A stretch of DNA of 39,763 nucleotides, taken from a virus (taxonomy: Duplodnaviria; Caudoviricetes). Shown here piece by piece: positions 18,536 through 26,730 of this stretch. Each line of letters begins with the position of its first letter. Position 1 is the stretch's first letter. Location of the stretch: IMG/VR virus record IMGVR_UViG_3300044452_000332, positions 1 to 39,763 of that record; one strand, given 5' to 3'. The notes beneath the pieces are model-generated. The model searched no databases, was not told where the DNA came from, and saw only the letters and a list, made by a program, of their open reading frames with translations. The position numbers were made by a program, and so were the translations under genes.

Positions 18536-20078
18536 CTTTGTCGTCTCCGGTGTTGGGGGTGCCGCCGTCCAGGTTCGCGGCGCCGGCGACGCTGGCTTTG
18601 GTGGCAGCGTCGCTTTCGAGAACGAGGTTCAGTTCCTCTGCCAAGCGGCGCTCGCGGGCGAGCTTCTCGAACGTGTCGATGGCGTTGCCGCCGCGCTCGC
18701 GGATGATGTCGGTGAGCGAGCGGAAGCCGGAGCGCGTCATTAGACGCAGGGCCTCGGCTTCTTTCTTGGGATCGATCCAGGGCATCGGAGGGCCGCGGAA
18801 GTCGGCCTTGGCGATGGTGCGCGGGTCCACGTCTTTGCTCACCCGCACCCGGCCCGACAGCACGGCCTGCTCCACAAAGCCGCGCCAGATCGGCCGCACC
18901 AGCTTGCCGACGAAGTGCTGCGTGAGGATCTCGTAGGCCGCGCGCTGCTCAACCAGCTCCTGCCGCTGGGCGCTGTAGTTGCCGCCGTAGTGGCGAGACA
19001 TGGACGAGAAGCCCACGTCCATACCGCTGGCGGCGGCGCGCAGGTTGGCGTCACGGAAAGCGCCCAACTGAGGGTTGGGTCGCTTCGAGTCGATCATGCC
19101 GATCTCTTCGCCGGGGCCCAGGTCGTCGATGATGATCCCGGCCTGCATCCGCAGGTTGCGGCGGACGGGCTTGCCGTTTTCGTCCACTGGCTGGTTTTCG
19201 GCGTACAGCTCCGGCGTGCCCTTGCGCACGTAAGCGGCAAGGCAGGCGGCGATCTTGGCCGCGATGCGCTCGGACTCTTCGTAATCCTTGATGTCTTCGA
19301 GGCGCGTGATGACGCTGGCCAACACGCTGACACCGCGCAGCTGCCCGATGCGGTCGACGAAGGACAGGTGGGCGATGCGATCGGCGCGCACCTGCTTGAG
19401 GTCATCGCCCACCACCACGCCCTCGGCGTCTTCGCCGGGGTGGTGCCTGTAGAGCCAGTAGGCGACCGGGCGACGCCAGTCGTTGATCTGGATGCCCGCG
19501 CGGATGCGGCGGCCGTCGTCGTTGTAATCGAGCGGCAGCAGATCGGCTTCGATCAGTTCCACGGAGAACGGCACATCGGTGCCATGCTGCAGGCTCGGCA
19601 CTGCGCCGCCGATCAGCTGGGCCAGCGCTTCGCCATCGCGCAGCCAGCTGCGGCACATCATGTGGTTGAGCTGCGCCCAGTCGAGCTGCGCCGTGACTTC
19701 GGGCCGCTCGCACCATTCCGCCCAGGCGTGCGAGAGCGCGCGGGCGGTTTCGTCGTGGATGTCGTCGTTGCGCGTGCGCGGCTGAGGATCAACGCCGATG
19801 CCATTCGGCCCCACCACGTTGCGCACGAGGACCGACAGCGCCCCGCGTGCCAGGTCGTGGTTGCGGTCCAGGTGGCGCGCCTGCGCGCGAATCTGCCGCG
19901 CGCTGATACGGGCAAGGCGATCACCCGAGGAGTGATCCCGCGCCGGCTGGCGCAAGCGGCTGGGGCGGGCGGCTTCGTAGTAGCTGAGCGCACGGCGTGC
20001 CGCCAAGCGGCGTAGCCCAGCCTGCGGGCTCACCGAGCTGATCACGCGATCCCACCAGTTGAGGTGCGCATCGCTCAC
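18525..20078 (-). CDS. Portal protein, lambda family
   Basis: YEAA..R, RAQARHLDRNH, QLRGVS, NYSAQR, WIDPKKEA motifs. Confidence 0.95.
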   Translation of the reverse strand: MSDAHLNWWDRVISSVSPQAGLRRLAARRALSYYEAARPSRLRQPARDHSSGDRLARISARQIRAQARHLDRNHDLARGALSVLVRNVVGPNGIGVDPQPRTRNDDIHDETARALSHAWAEWCERPEVTAQLDWAQLNHMMCRSWLRDGEALAQLIGGAVPSLQHGTDVPFSVELIEADLLPLDYNDDGRRIRAGIQINDWRRPVAYWLYRHHPGEDAEGVVVGDDLKQVRADRIAHLSFVDRIGQLRGVSVLASVITRLEDIKDYEESERIAAKIAACLAAYVRKGTPELYAENQPVDENGKPVRRNLRMQAGIIIDDLGPGEEIGMIDSKRPNPQLGAFRDANLRAAASGMDVGFSSMSRHYGGNYSAQRQELVEQRAAYEILTQHFVGKLVRPIWRGFVEQAVLSGRVRVSKDVDPRTIAKADFRGPPMPWIDPKKEAEALRLMTRSGFRSLTDIIRERGGNAIDTFEKLARERRLAEELNLVLESDAATKASVAGAANLDGGTPNTGDDKDAD

Positions 20079-20284
20079 TCCAAGCCCCGCGAGAAGTCAG
20101 CCAGCGCGCCCATCGGGCGGCCCATACGGGAGGCGGCATTCAGCTCGCTGACCATGGTGGCGCGCACCTTCAGCATCTCGTCCTTGCTGTGGTAACGAAC
20201 CTGCCGCCCGTTGTGGCGGTACTCCAGAACGCCGTCTGCAAGTGCGGCGTCGAGTGCATTGAGTTGATCGCGGGTGAAAGCCAT
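20075..20284 (-). CDS. Head-tail adaptor gpW-like
   Basis: MAFTRDQLNALDAALADGVLEYRHNGRQVRYHS.. Confidence 0.9.
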   Translation of the reverse strand: MAFTRDQLNALDAALADGVLEYRHNGRQVRYHSKDEMLKVRATMVSELNAASRMGRPMGALADFSRGLE

Positions 20285-20342
20285 GGATCGCAGGATGGCG
20301 AGAGGGCTGTATCAATTCGGCGGAAAAGTGAGAAAACTTTTC
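20285..20342 (-). promoter_or_regulatory. Putative Mor-dependent late promoter, copy 1 (head genes)
   Basis: 26-bp repeat 20317-20342 with dyad GAAAAGT-N6-ACTTTTC; GCCATCCT -10-like box 7 nt before ATG. Confidence 0.7.
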
Positions 20343-20347
20343 ACCGG

Positions 20348-20716
20348 TCACTGATCCGCGTTCCGATCGTCTCTGCGGCGCCCATCATCACGGCGCTCAG
20401 AATCACGCCGCTCCACCCGCCCCATGGTCCAGAGCACCTGCTTGACCACGTCCTCCAGCACGTCCAGCGCGCGGCTGCCCATGTGACCGACGATCCCCAC
20501 GAGAGCGAACGTCCAAGCCATGCTGGTGCTCGATTCCGCGAGCAGCATGCCGACGCTCAGACCGGCGAAAGCGCTCGTCAGCAGCTCGCCCGCGAGACGC
20601 CAGAGCGCGTGGGTGGTACTCCCGTCAGCAATTTTTCGGTAGTAGCTGACGAGCCCCCCGAGGATCGAGACCAGCGTAAGGCTGATCCAGAGAATCACCT
20701 GGTCACGAGTCCACAT
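20348..20716 (-). CDS. Holin
   Basis: Three hydrophobic segments, ELLTSAFAG..GHMGSRAL motif, highly charged C-terminus. Confidence 0.85.
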   Translation of the reverse strand: MWTRDQVILWISLTLVSILGGLVSYYRKIADGSTTHALWRLAGELLTSAFAGLSVGMLLAESSTSMAWTFALVGIVGHMGSRALDVLEDVVKQVLWTMGRVERRDSERRDDGRRRDDRNADQ

Positions 20717-21011
20717 CGTCAGCCCCCTGGCAGTGGAGTAGCGCGGCCGCCTTGTCCGCTTCGCCCATCGCTGCGCTCTCCTCCAGTCGCGCTGTGTAAT
20801 CGGCCAGGTGCCGCCAGGTCGGCCCGTCCAGCTGCGGTAGGGGCCGGGGCTGGAGCAGCCAGCTCGGGGCGCAGCTCGGAGGCGGCGAGAGCTGAGGGCC
20901 CCGCGTTGAGCACCCGGATAACGTCAGCAGGCATGTTGCGATCAAGACAGCCGTCGTCCGGCGAGATGCGGATGACGGCCTGCGCGGTCTCGGCGCGGCG
21001 GCGATTTTCAT
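20703..21011 (-). CDS. o-spanin (Rz1-like lipoprotein)
   Basis: ATG 21011; basic N-terminus, lipobox LTLSG/C, Pro-rich; in an alternative frame of the i-spanin. Confidence 0.8.
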   Translation of the reverse strand: MKIAAAPRPRRPSSASRRTTAVLIATCLLTLSGCSTRGPQLSPPPSCAPSWLLQPRPLPQLDGPTWRHLADYTARLEESAAMGEADKAAALLHCQGADDVDS

Positions 21012-21231
21012 GGAGGGTCCTTTCGCGTGCGGCAAGCGCACGGCGCGCCCGTGCCACCGCTTCGCGTTCTTGGGCCAGCTGGGCTCGCGCGTCGTCTACC
21101 TGCTGCGCCAGCTCGCCAATGGCAGCCTTCTGCAGTTGCACCCGCTCGCTGAGCTGCCAGCCGGCAAAAGCCAGCCCGGCGATCAACAGCCATTCCCAGT
21201 TACGCGCCACGATGCTGGCGACTACGCTCAC
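20719..21231 (-). CDS. i-spanin (Rz-like)
   Basis: N-terminal TM helix, coiled coil, DGCLDRNMP motif. Confidence 0.8.
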   Translation of the reverse strand: MSVVASIVARNWEWLLIAGLAFAGWQLSERVQLQKAAIGELAQQVDDARAQLAQEREAVARARRALAARERTLHENRRRAETAQAVIRISPDDGCLDRNMPADVIRVLNAGPSALAASELRPELAAPAPAPTAAGRADLAAPGRLHSATGGERSDGRSGQGGRATPLPGG

Positions 21232-21668
21232 GGCAGCAGCTCGCCGGTGCGGCGCCAGTGCGCCACGTCAAAGCTGGGGCAGGCCTTGCGCACACCGGGG
21301 AGATCGCGATGGCCTTGCACCTCGGCCTGCGGGTAAAGCAAGCGCATCCGCTCCAGCAAGGCCTTGAGCACGTCGAGCTGCACGGGCTCGAAGCTCGGCG
21401 CAGGTTTGCCAGATTCGTTAAGCCCCCCCACGAGGCAGATGCCAATGCTGTCGTGGTTGTGGCCGGCAGCATGTGCGCCGGCGCGGGACTCAGGGCGACC
21501 CGCCTCCACTTCGCCATCCCGCCGGATCACCCAGTGGTAGCCGATGTCGTTCCAGCCATTTTGCTCGGTGTGCCAGCGGCGGATCTCGGCGGCGCCGATG
21601 TCCTGATGCGGCCGAGTGGCCGCGCAGTGGACCACGATGCGGGTGATGCGGCGGGGGTTCGAGGCCAT
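21228..21668 (-). CDS. Endolysin, N-acetylmuramoyl-L-alanine amidase (T7 lysozyme-like)
   Basis: IVVHCAAT, IGYHWVI, GAHAAGHN..SIGICLVGG, GHRD..KACPSF; ATG 21668 preferred from promoter spacing. Confidence 0.95.
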   Translation of the reverse strand: MASNPRRITRIVVHCAATRPHQDIGAAEIRRWHTEQNGWNDIGYHWVIRRDGEVEAGRPESRAGAHAAGHNHDSIGICLVGGLNESGKPAPSFEPVQLDVLKALLERMRLLYPQAEVQGHRDLPGVRKACPSFDVAHWRRTGELLP

Positions 21669-21725
21669 GTAGCGAGCATGGCCTCGCCCCTTTCTCAAAT
21701 CGGCGGAAAAGTGAGAAAACTTTTC
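21669..21725 (-). promoter_or_regulatory. Putative Mor-dependent late promoter, copy 2 (lysis genes)
   Basis: Identical 26-bp repeat 21700-21725; GCCATGCT box 6 nt before ATG. Confidence 0.7.
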
Positions 21726-21728
21726 CGC

Positions 21729-22019
21729 CTAGCCTCCGCGACGGTTGAGAATCCGATAAAGCGTGGACGGGCTGATCCTGTGCTTTCTCGCTACCTCGTC
21801 GAGGTTCGATCCATCAAAGTCATTGAGCACAGCTTGCTCGTCATACCGCGGTGGGGAAGGGATGTAGAGGTAGCTTCCCCCCATGTCTTCCTGCAGGCCG
21901 CTGTAGATCTCGGCGACCGTCTTCTCCATCCACTCCTGCATTAGCGGCTGGAGGCGGTCAAGCGCCTGCTTGTGAATTTTGCTCCACTGTTCCTTGCTCA
22001 TGCGTCGGCGCTCAGCCAT
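21729..22019 (-). CDS. mor: Mor/C family transcription activator
   Basis: MGGSYLYIP...FDGSNLDEVARKHRISPSTLYRIL = Mor family signature. Confidence 0.88.
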   Translation of the reverse strand: MAERRRMSKEQWSKIHKQALDRLQPLMQEWMEKTVAEIYSGLQEDMGGSYLYIPSPPRYDEQAVLNDFDGSNLDEVARKHRISPSTLYRILNRRGG

Positions 22020-22131
22020 GGCTAAATCTCCTGTCCCATGCAGGATGGTGTACGGGCATACATCGACCCGCGCTCGTTTTTCGCGTTTCGGCGATGAATT
22101 GGATTAAATGGCCTTCTCCTTTCATTTTTTT

Positions 22132-24042
22132 TCACAGCCGCTGACTCCATTCGCTTGAGCCGATCTGGCCCGACGAGTCCACATTCGCGGAGGTCGACGG
22201 TTTGTTAAGCCCCCTCGCCGGTGTGGAGGTTTTCGCCGGCGAAAGGTCCCGGCTGTCCGGTTGGGACGCCGCCGTCTCAACCGGACGGGGCCCTGCCCCA
22301 CCCCGCCGCCGCCGAGGCATGAGCTCGGCCAGCTCGCGCAGGGCGATGGCGCCGACAGCGCAGTCCAGCGCCTCATTGCGGGCGCGGATCTTCACCCACT
22401 CCTGGAACACCCGGCCGCGCACGCGGCGGGTGCGCTGCTCTTCGGCGGTGAGCTGGGCGAAATACTCTTCGTCCAGGCTGGGGTGGTCGGCGAAGTGGAC
22501 GTACCCCGGACCGGCCTGCTCTTTGCGCAGGGCGTTGTAGAGCATGGTCTTGCCGTTATCCACGCCGATGGGTTCTTGCGGCACGCCGCGGCGGCGGCGG
22601 TGGCGCAGGCGCTGGCGGCGCTTGCGCTCGTCCTCGATCAGCGGGCGGGCCTGCCCGGCGTTGCCCTTCATGGCCACCGCCCACTGGCGCGGCTTGACCC
22701 AGGCGATCACCTGCTTGGTGTTGTAGCCGGCGTCGACGCCGGCCAGTTCTACCTCGCGCTCCATCAGCGCCGGCTCCAGCTGCTCCCAGGTGGCCTCGTC
22801 CGCCGTGTCGCCGGGCAGGATGACGTGCTCCAGCACCCAGGCCTCGCCGGCGTCCAGCCAGTGCCAGACCGAGAACTCCAGGCGATCGCCTTGCACGTCC
22901 ACAAAGGCGACGCGAAGGCCGGGCGGCAGATCCTCCGGCACCGCCTCCAGCCGGTTGCGGATGATCTGGTCATCGATGCCGTCGGACTCCTCCGCATACA
23001 CCTCCGCCAGCTCGGTGTTGTAGAAGCCCTTGAGCTTGGTCTCGTCCGACTGCGCGGCCTTCCAGGCGTCCAGCATCTCGCGCCAGGTGCTGCCCAGGCC
23101 CAGGGGCGCGCAGAGGCCGGACCAGTGGTAGCCGCGCACCTGGCGGTCCGGGTGCGTCGGAACCCAGCGGTGACGGGCCAGCATCTCGGTTTTGGCGCCC
23201 TCTTCGATGCCGGCGCCGCAGTGGCGGCAGGCGTACCAGACCTGCCCAGTGGTGGCGCTCTCCACCAGCCCCAGCGTGCCGTCCGCGTGCTGCCAGACCA
23301 GTTCCTGGTACTCCCCGCAGTCCGGGCACGGCAGCTGCAGGCGCCGCTGGTCGCTGGCTTCGTACTCCTGGTCGATGCGGCTGGCGTGCTTGACCGTGGG
23401 CGTACTGATCAGCAGCACCTTTCTGCGGGGGAAGTTCTTGGTGCGCTGGTCGATGAGGCTCAGCGGGTCACCCTCCCCGCCCACTTCCCAGGGGAAGCGG
23501 TCCAGCTCGTCACAGACGACGTACCGGATCGGCATGCTGGAAAGGCTCGCCGCGCTGTTGGCGCCGCCGAGAATGATCATGCCCCCGGGGAAGTCCTTGA
23601 GGTCCTCGCTATTGCCGCTGTCGCGGCTCGTGTTGCTGTCGATGAGCGCGGCCAGGCTCTCGGTCTCGGCAAGCATCGGGTCCAGCCGCTGGCGCACCCA
23701 GCGCTTGCGCAGCTCCAGCGTAGGCACGACCACCAGCATGGGCCCGGGCGCCTCGGACATGACGTAGCCGATCCAGTTAAGGCTGAGCTCGGTGACGCCA
23801 CCCTGCGCGGGCTTCTTGACCACCACCCGCTTGACCGGCGAGTGGACGGAGAGGTCATCCATGATCGCGCGCAGGTGCGGCGTGCGGCTGGTCTTATACC
23901 GCCCGCGCTCCCCGCTGGCCTTGCTGCTGAGCATGCGGTTGCCATCCGCCCAGTCGGCCACCGTGAGCAGAGGGCGCGGCTCCACGCTGGCGGCGGCTCG
24001 CTCGAAGATCCAGGGGAGGTCGCTCGGGACGTGGTAACTCAC
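22132..24042 (-). CDS. terL: Terminase large subunit (lambda GpA family)
   Basis: GTG 24042 overlapping upstream stop; TVADWAD, KPAQGGVTE, VVCDELDRF, ISTPT, CPDCG..CRHCG, VDVQGDR, RNEALDC. Confidence 0.95.
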   Translation of the reverse strand: MSYHVPSDLPWIFERAAASVEPRPLLTVADWADGNRMLSSKASGERGRYKTSRTPHLRAIMDDLSVHSPVKRVVVKKPAQGGVTELSLNWIGYVMSEAPGPMLVVVPTLELRKRWVRQRLDPMLAETESLAALIDSNTSRDSGNSEDLKDFPGGMIILGGANSAASLSSMPIRYVVCDELDRFPWEVGGEGDPLSLIDQRTKNFPRRKVLLISTPTVKHASRIDQEYEASDQRRLQLPCPDCGEYQELVWQHADGTLGLVESATTGQVWYACRHCGAGIEEGAKTEMLARHRWVPTHPDRQVRGYHWSGLCAPLGLGSTWREMLDAWKAAQSDETKLKGFYNTELAEVYAEESDGIDDQIIRNRLEAVPEDLPPGLRVAFVDVQGDRLEFSVWHWLDAGEAWVLEHVILPGDTADEATWEQLEPALMEREVELAGVDAGYNTKQVIAWVKPRQWAVAMKGNAGQARPLIEDERKRRQRLRHRRRRGVPQEPIGVDNGKTMLYNALRKEQAGPGYVHFADHPSLDEEYFAQLTAEEQRTRRVRGRVFQEWVKIRARNEALDCAVGAIALRELAELMPRRRRGGAGPRPVETAASQPDSRDLSPAKTSTPARGLNKPSTSANVDSSGQIGSSEWSQRL

Positions 24043-24305
24043 TGCGCCATCGCCTCCCGCTTGCGCTTCAACAGTTCGCCAAGTCCGCGGCGGTCGATCT
24101 CGACAGCGCCAGCAGCAATCGCCAGCGCACGCTTCGTGAAGCAGATGTCGTAGTGGCTGTAGGCCGTGCCAGGCTTCTGATGCCACCGGCGGCTCACGCC
24201 TATCTGCTCCGCCATCGCATGCAGCTCGTCGTCAGTGTCCGCGAGCATGTGGCACATGACCATCCGCCGGTAGGGCGCGCGCATGTTGTCGACGTAGACG
24301 CTCAC
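24039..24305 (-). CDS. DUF4031 domain protein
   Basis: MSVYVD..CHMLADTDDELHAMA..IGV.RRWHQ..HYDI..KRALAIAAGAVEI. Confidence 0.85.
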   Translation of the reverse strand: MSVYVDNMRAPYRRMVMCHMLADTDDELHAMAEQIGVSRRWHQKPGTAYSHYDICFTKRALAIAAGAVEIDRRGLGELLKRKREAMAQ

Positions 24306-24898
24306 GTGGTCTTCCCCAACTCGCCCGCCCGCCGCTTGAGATGCCCCGCCAGCTCGACGCGGATGTCGCGGCAGGCACCGCTGAGCACGGCATGGATGGC
24401 GGCGACGTCGCTGCGGCAGCCGGCGATCTCGGGCGCGTAGCGATCCGCCAGGCTGTCCAGCAGGCTGCCGAGGGTGCGGCCGATGTCCTGGACGAAGAAG
24501 TCCACGTCAGAGCGCGGCAGCAGGGTGCCGCGCTTGAGGTCGCGCTCCATGGCCTCCACCTCGGCGCGCACGGTCTCGCGCTGCGCACGGGCCTCGCGCA
24601 GGCGCTTTCCGCTGTCGTCCTCGGGTGGGCGACCTGACTGCCCGCCTGCGGCGCCTGCAGCGGCCTCCAGCGCTTCCAGTGCGCTTGCCCTGCCCTTCTC
24701 CTCCGCGATCTGCTCCAGCCGCGCCTGGTGGTGCGGCTCGTGGCTCTCGGTTGCGCGGAGGTTGCGCTCGGCTGCAACGGGGTCGATAAGCCCTTTTTCA
24801 TCGACCTTGATGCGGCCAGAGGCCACCCAGCGCGTCACGGTGGACTTGTTGACGCCTTTGAGGCGGGCGAAGTCGGCGCGAGTCATGCTGGGCGGCAT
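24302..24898 (-). CDS. terS: Terminase small subunit (Nu1-like)
   Basis: N-terminal wHTH (RADFARLKGVNKSTVTRW) and coiled coil ..AEVEAMERDLKRGTLLPR; start at 24898 or 24886. Confidence 0.8.
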   Translation of the reverse strand: MPPSMTRADFARLKGVNKSTVTRWVASGRIKVDEKGLIDPVAAERNLRATESHEPHHQARLEQIAEEKGRASALEALEAAAGAAGGQSGRPPEDDSGKRLREARAQRETVRAEVEAMERDLKRGTLLPRSDVDFFVQDIGRTLGSLLDSLADRYAPEIAGCRSDVAAIHAVLSGACRDIRVELAGHLKRRAGELGKTT

Positions 24899-24909
24899 CT
24901 GGCGCAACC

Positions 24910-25881
24910 TCAGTTCAACGGCGCCAGCCCGGCCGCGTTGCGGAACGCCGCAATGCAGGCGCCGCGCCAGTCGGACTTGAGCGAGAAGCACCGTGGCATG
25001 AGCTTGCCCTGCACCCCGGTGCGGCACCGGCCCTCCGCCATGGCCATCACCTTGAGCGGTGGGTTCAGCAGGCGGGTGTAGGTGAAGTGTGGCGTGCCGG
25101 GCTCGCGCACCGAGGTGTTCTCGTACACCCAGCCGGACGAGTGCCGCTTGGCGGCCAAGTGGAGCGCCCGGTTGTGCAGGCAAACTTCGTCGTGCTCCTC
25201 GCACCACCAGCGGTAGGCCTGCATCAGATCCGGCCCGCGTACTGGGCAAAGCGGCAGCAGCTTGCCGGCGGGGCCGACGATCTCAAGATCAATCCAGGCC
25301 GTCACAAACCGCTGGGCGCTGTCAGGCGCGCCCCAGGGTTCCTCGTCCAAGTCCGGCGCCTGCACGCCCAATTCCGCCAGCAGGTCCACCCCGGTGAGGT
25401 TTTGCGTGATGAGCTGGGCACGGCGGATGGCCTGGGCGGTGTTGAGGCCCACCGAGCGACCGCTGCGCATCGCGGCGCGAAAGCTGCGGTCGGCGCTCAC
25501 CAGGTTGTCGGCCCGGTGGTTGAGGTTGTGGGGGAAGGGCGAGGAGGCCGTGGCCTGATACCCACCCGTCCGGCGGATGCTGGGCAGCACCTCGCTGGTG
25601 ACCCACTTGCGGAAGGCCTTGGCTTCTTCGCGGCGACTTTTGAGGATGCAGGCGTAGAGGCCAGACTCAGAAACGATGGTCGCCTCCTGATCGCCGCCAA
25701 GGGTACGCACAATGTGCACCCCCTTTTCGTCGTCATCGAGCATTCGCACCATGTCTGTGGTGTTGCGGTAGCCGAGCACGCTGGCGATGTCGGTAGCGAC
25801 AAACCAGGGCTCGCCGTTGCGGTCGATCACGCGCAGGGCGTGGCTTTCAAACGCATGCACGCTGATGGCTTGCGGGTTCAT
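24910..25881 (-). CDS. Bro-N domain protein (antirepressor-like) fused to a paralog of the primase C-terminal domain
   Basis: GEPWFVATDIASVLGY..VSESGLY..SRREEAKAFRKWVTSEVLPSIRRTGGY; C-terminal 136 aa align with the primase C-terminus. Confidence 0.9.
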   Translation of the reverse strand: MNPQAISVHAFESHALRVIDRNGEPWFVATDIASVLGYRNTTDMVRMLDDDEKGVHIVRTLGGDQEATIVSESGLYACILKSRREEAKAFRKWVTSEVLPSIRRTGGYQATASSPFPHNLNHRADNLVSADRSFRAAMRSGRSVGLNTAQAIRRAQLITQNLTGVDLLAELGVQAPDLDEEPWGAPDSAQRFVTAWIDLEIVGPAGKLLPLCPVRGPDLMQAYRWWCEEHDEVCLHNRALHLAAKRHSSGWVYENTSVREPGTPHFTYTRLLNPPLKVMAMAEGRCRTGVQGKLMPRCFSLKSDWRGACIAAFRNAAGLAPLN

Positions 25882-26183
25882 TGGGCTTCTCCGGTCGGGG
25901 TGGCGGCGTTGTGGTAGGCGCCCAGGACCACGGCGTCTACCGCCGCGCGCGCCATTTCCGTCAGGTACAGCGCGGCCCAGGCTTTGCGGGTTTCGCCCGT
26001 AGGCTCGACGCTCTCAAACCCGAGGTCTCGGGTGAGTTCAGTCACCACGTCCAGCAGGCAACTGACGTGTTCCAGCGTGTCAGTGGCGGGCAGGCCGGGA
26101 CGCACGGCGAACAGCGGTTGCTGCTCCACATTGATGACGGCAAAGGTGATTTCGCCCGTGAGGGCGGGGGTTGGCTTTGGCAT
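25878..26183 (-). CDS. DUF3077-like protein
   Basis: ATG 26183 with AGGAG RBS; QPLFAVRPGLPATDTLEHVSCLL..AALYLTEMARAAVD. Confidence 0.8.
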   Translation of the reverse strand: MPKPTPALTGEITFAVINVEQQPLFAVRPGLPATDTLEHVSCLLDVVTELTRDLGFESVEPTGETRKAWAALYLTEMARAAVDAVVLGAYHNAATPTGEAQ

Positions 26184-26189
26184 GAAACG

Positions 26190-26234
26190 CTCCTGCGTGA
26201 GTAAAAGAACCCTCGCAGGGGCGTTATCAGCGCC
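26190..26234 (-). promoter_or_regulatory. c4 target a2/b2 overlapping the RBS of the DUF3077 gene
   Basis: GGCG-CTGATAA-CGCC hairpin and ACGCAG abutting AGGAG. Confidence 0.75.
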
Positions 26235-26244
26235 GTCCACGAGG

Positions 26245-26322
26245 TGGCCGGGAGGTGATAACCGAACGCAGTCGGCGGACTTCTTTCCCTTGCGGGTGTT
26301 GTATCCGTCGCCCTCCCGGCCA
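26245..26322 (-). ncRNA. c4-type antisense RNA (c4/c4-2-like)
   Basis: 11-bp terminal stem TGGCCGGGAGG/CCTCCCGGCCA, internal CCCGCAAGGG hairpin, antisense CTGCGTTCGGTTATCA complementary to flanking targets. Confidence 0.8.
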
Positions 26323-26368
26323 TAGCCGGGCTGCCAATAGCAAGCCGCCCTGACGTGGGCGGCAGACG

Positions 26369-26391
26369 CTGCGTTCGGAGTTATCAGCTCC
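26369..26391 (-). promoter_or_regulatory. c4 target a1/b1 (upstream)
   Basis: GGAG-CTGATAA-CTCC hairpin followed by GAACGCAG. Confidence 0.75.
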
Positions 26392-26399
26392 TTGCAGTC

Positions 26400-26429
26400 A
26401 GTTTGCCGACGCACAGACAGGGGCGTCAA
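26400..26429 (-). promoter_or_regulatory. Promoter of c4-DUF3077-Bro operon
   Basis: TTGACG-18 nt-CAAACT just upstream of a1/b1. Confidence 0.55.
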
Positions 26430-26464
26430 ACGCGGTGGGTTGGAGCTGGAGAGGCCCTCGAAGG

Positions 26465-26730
26465 CGCCTATTGCGGCGGCGGGGCTGGTAGTGCAAAACC
26501 TATTGCCCCACTTATTGCGTCCACAACCCTCTTTTTTAATAGGTATTGCGTGTATAGCGTGTGCGTAGGGGGTCGCACGTGAGGCCCATGCGCGCACGCG
26601 CAGGGGTGCCCGTGTTTTTCGCTCACGTAGCGCGCGCGAGTGGACGCAATAGGACGCAATACCCTTTATTGATGGGGCTTGCGCACGCAGTACGACACGC
26701 TGCACGTTTTGCACTATTTGCACTATTGCG
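26465..26730. repeat. Iteron-like repeat cluster, putative replication origin
   Basis: TATTGC(G) at 26469, 26501, 26513, 26544, 26724; inverted GGACGCAATA x2 at 26642-26661; TAGTGCAAAAC 26489-26499 inverted at 26706-26716. Confidence 0.6.

Noticed and set aside
22013-22132. 37-aa ORF and T8 run between terL and mor
   Set aside because: No RBS or motif support; more likely regulatory spacer
25878-26723. 281-aa extended ORF through the ori and c4 region
   Set aside because: Good RBS and family-like sequence start only at 26183; the upstream part is better explained as RNA and iteron elements, although the frame is open
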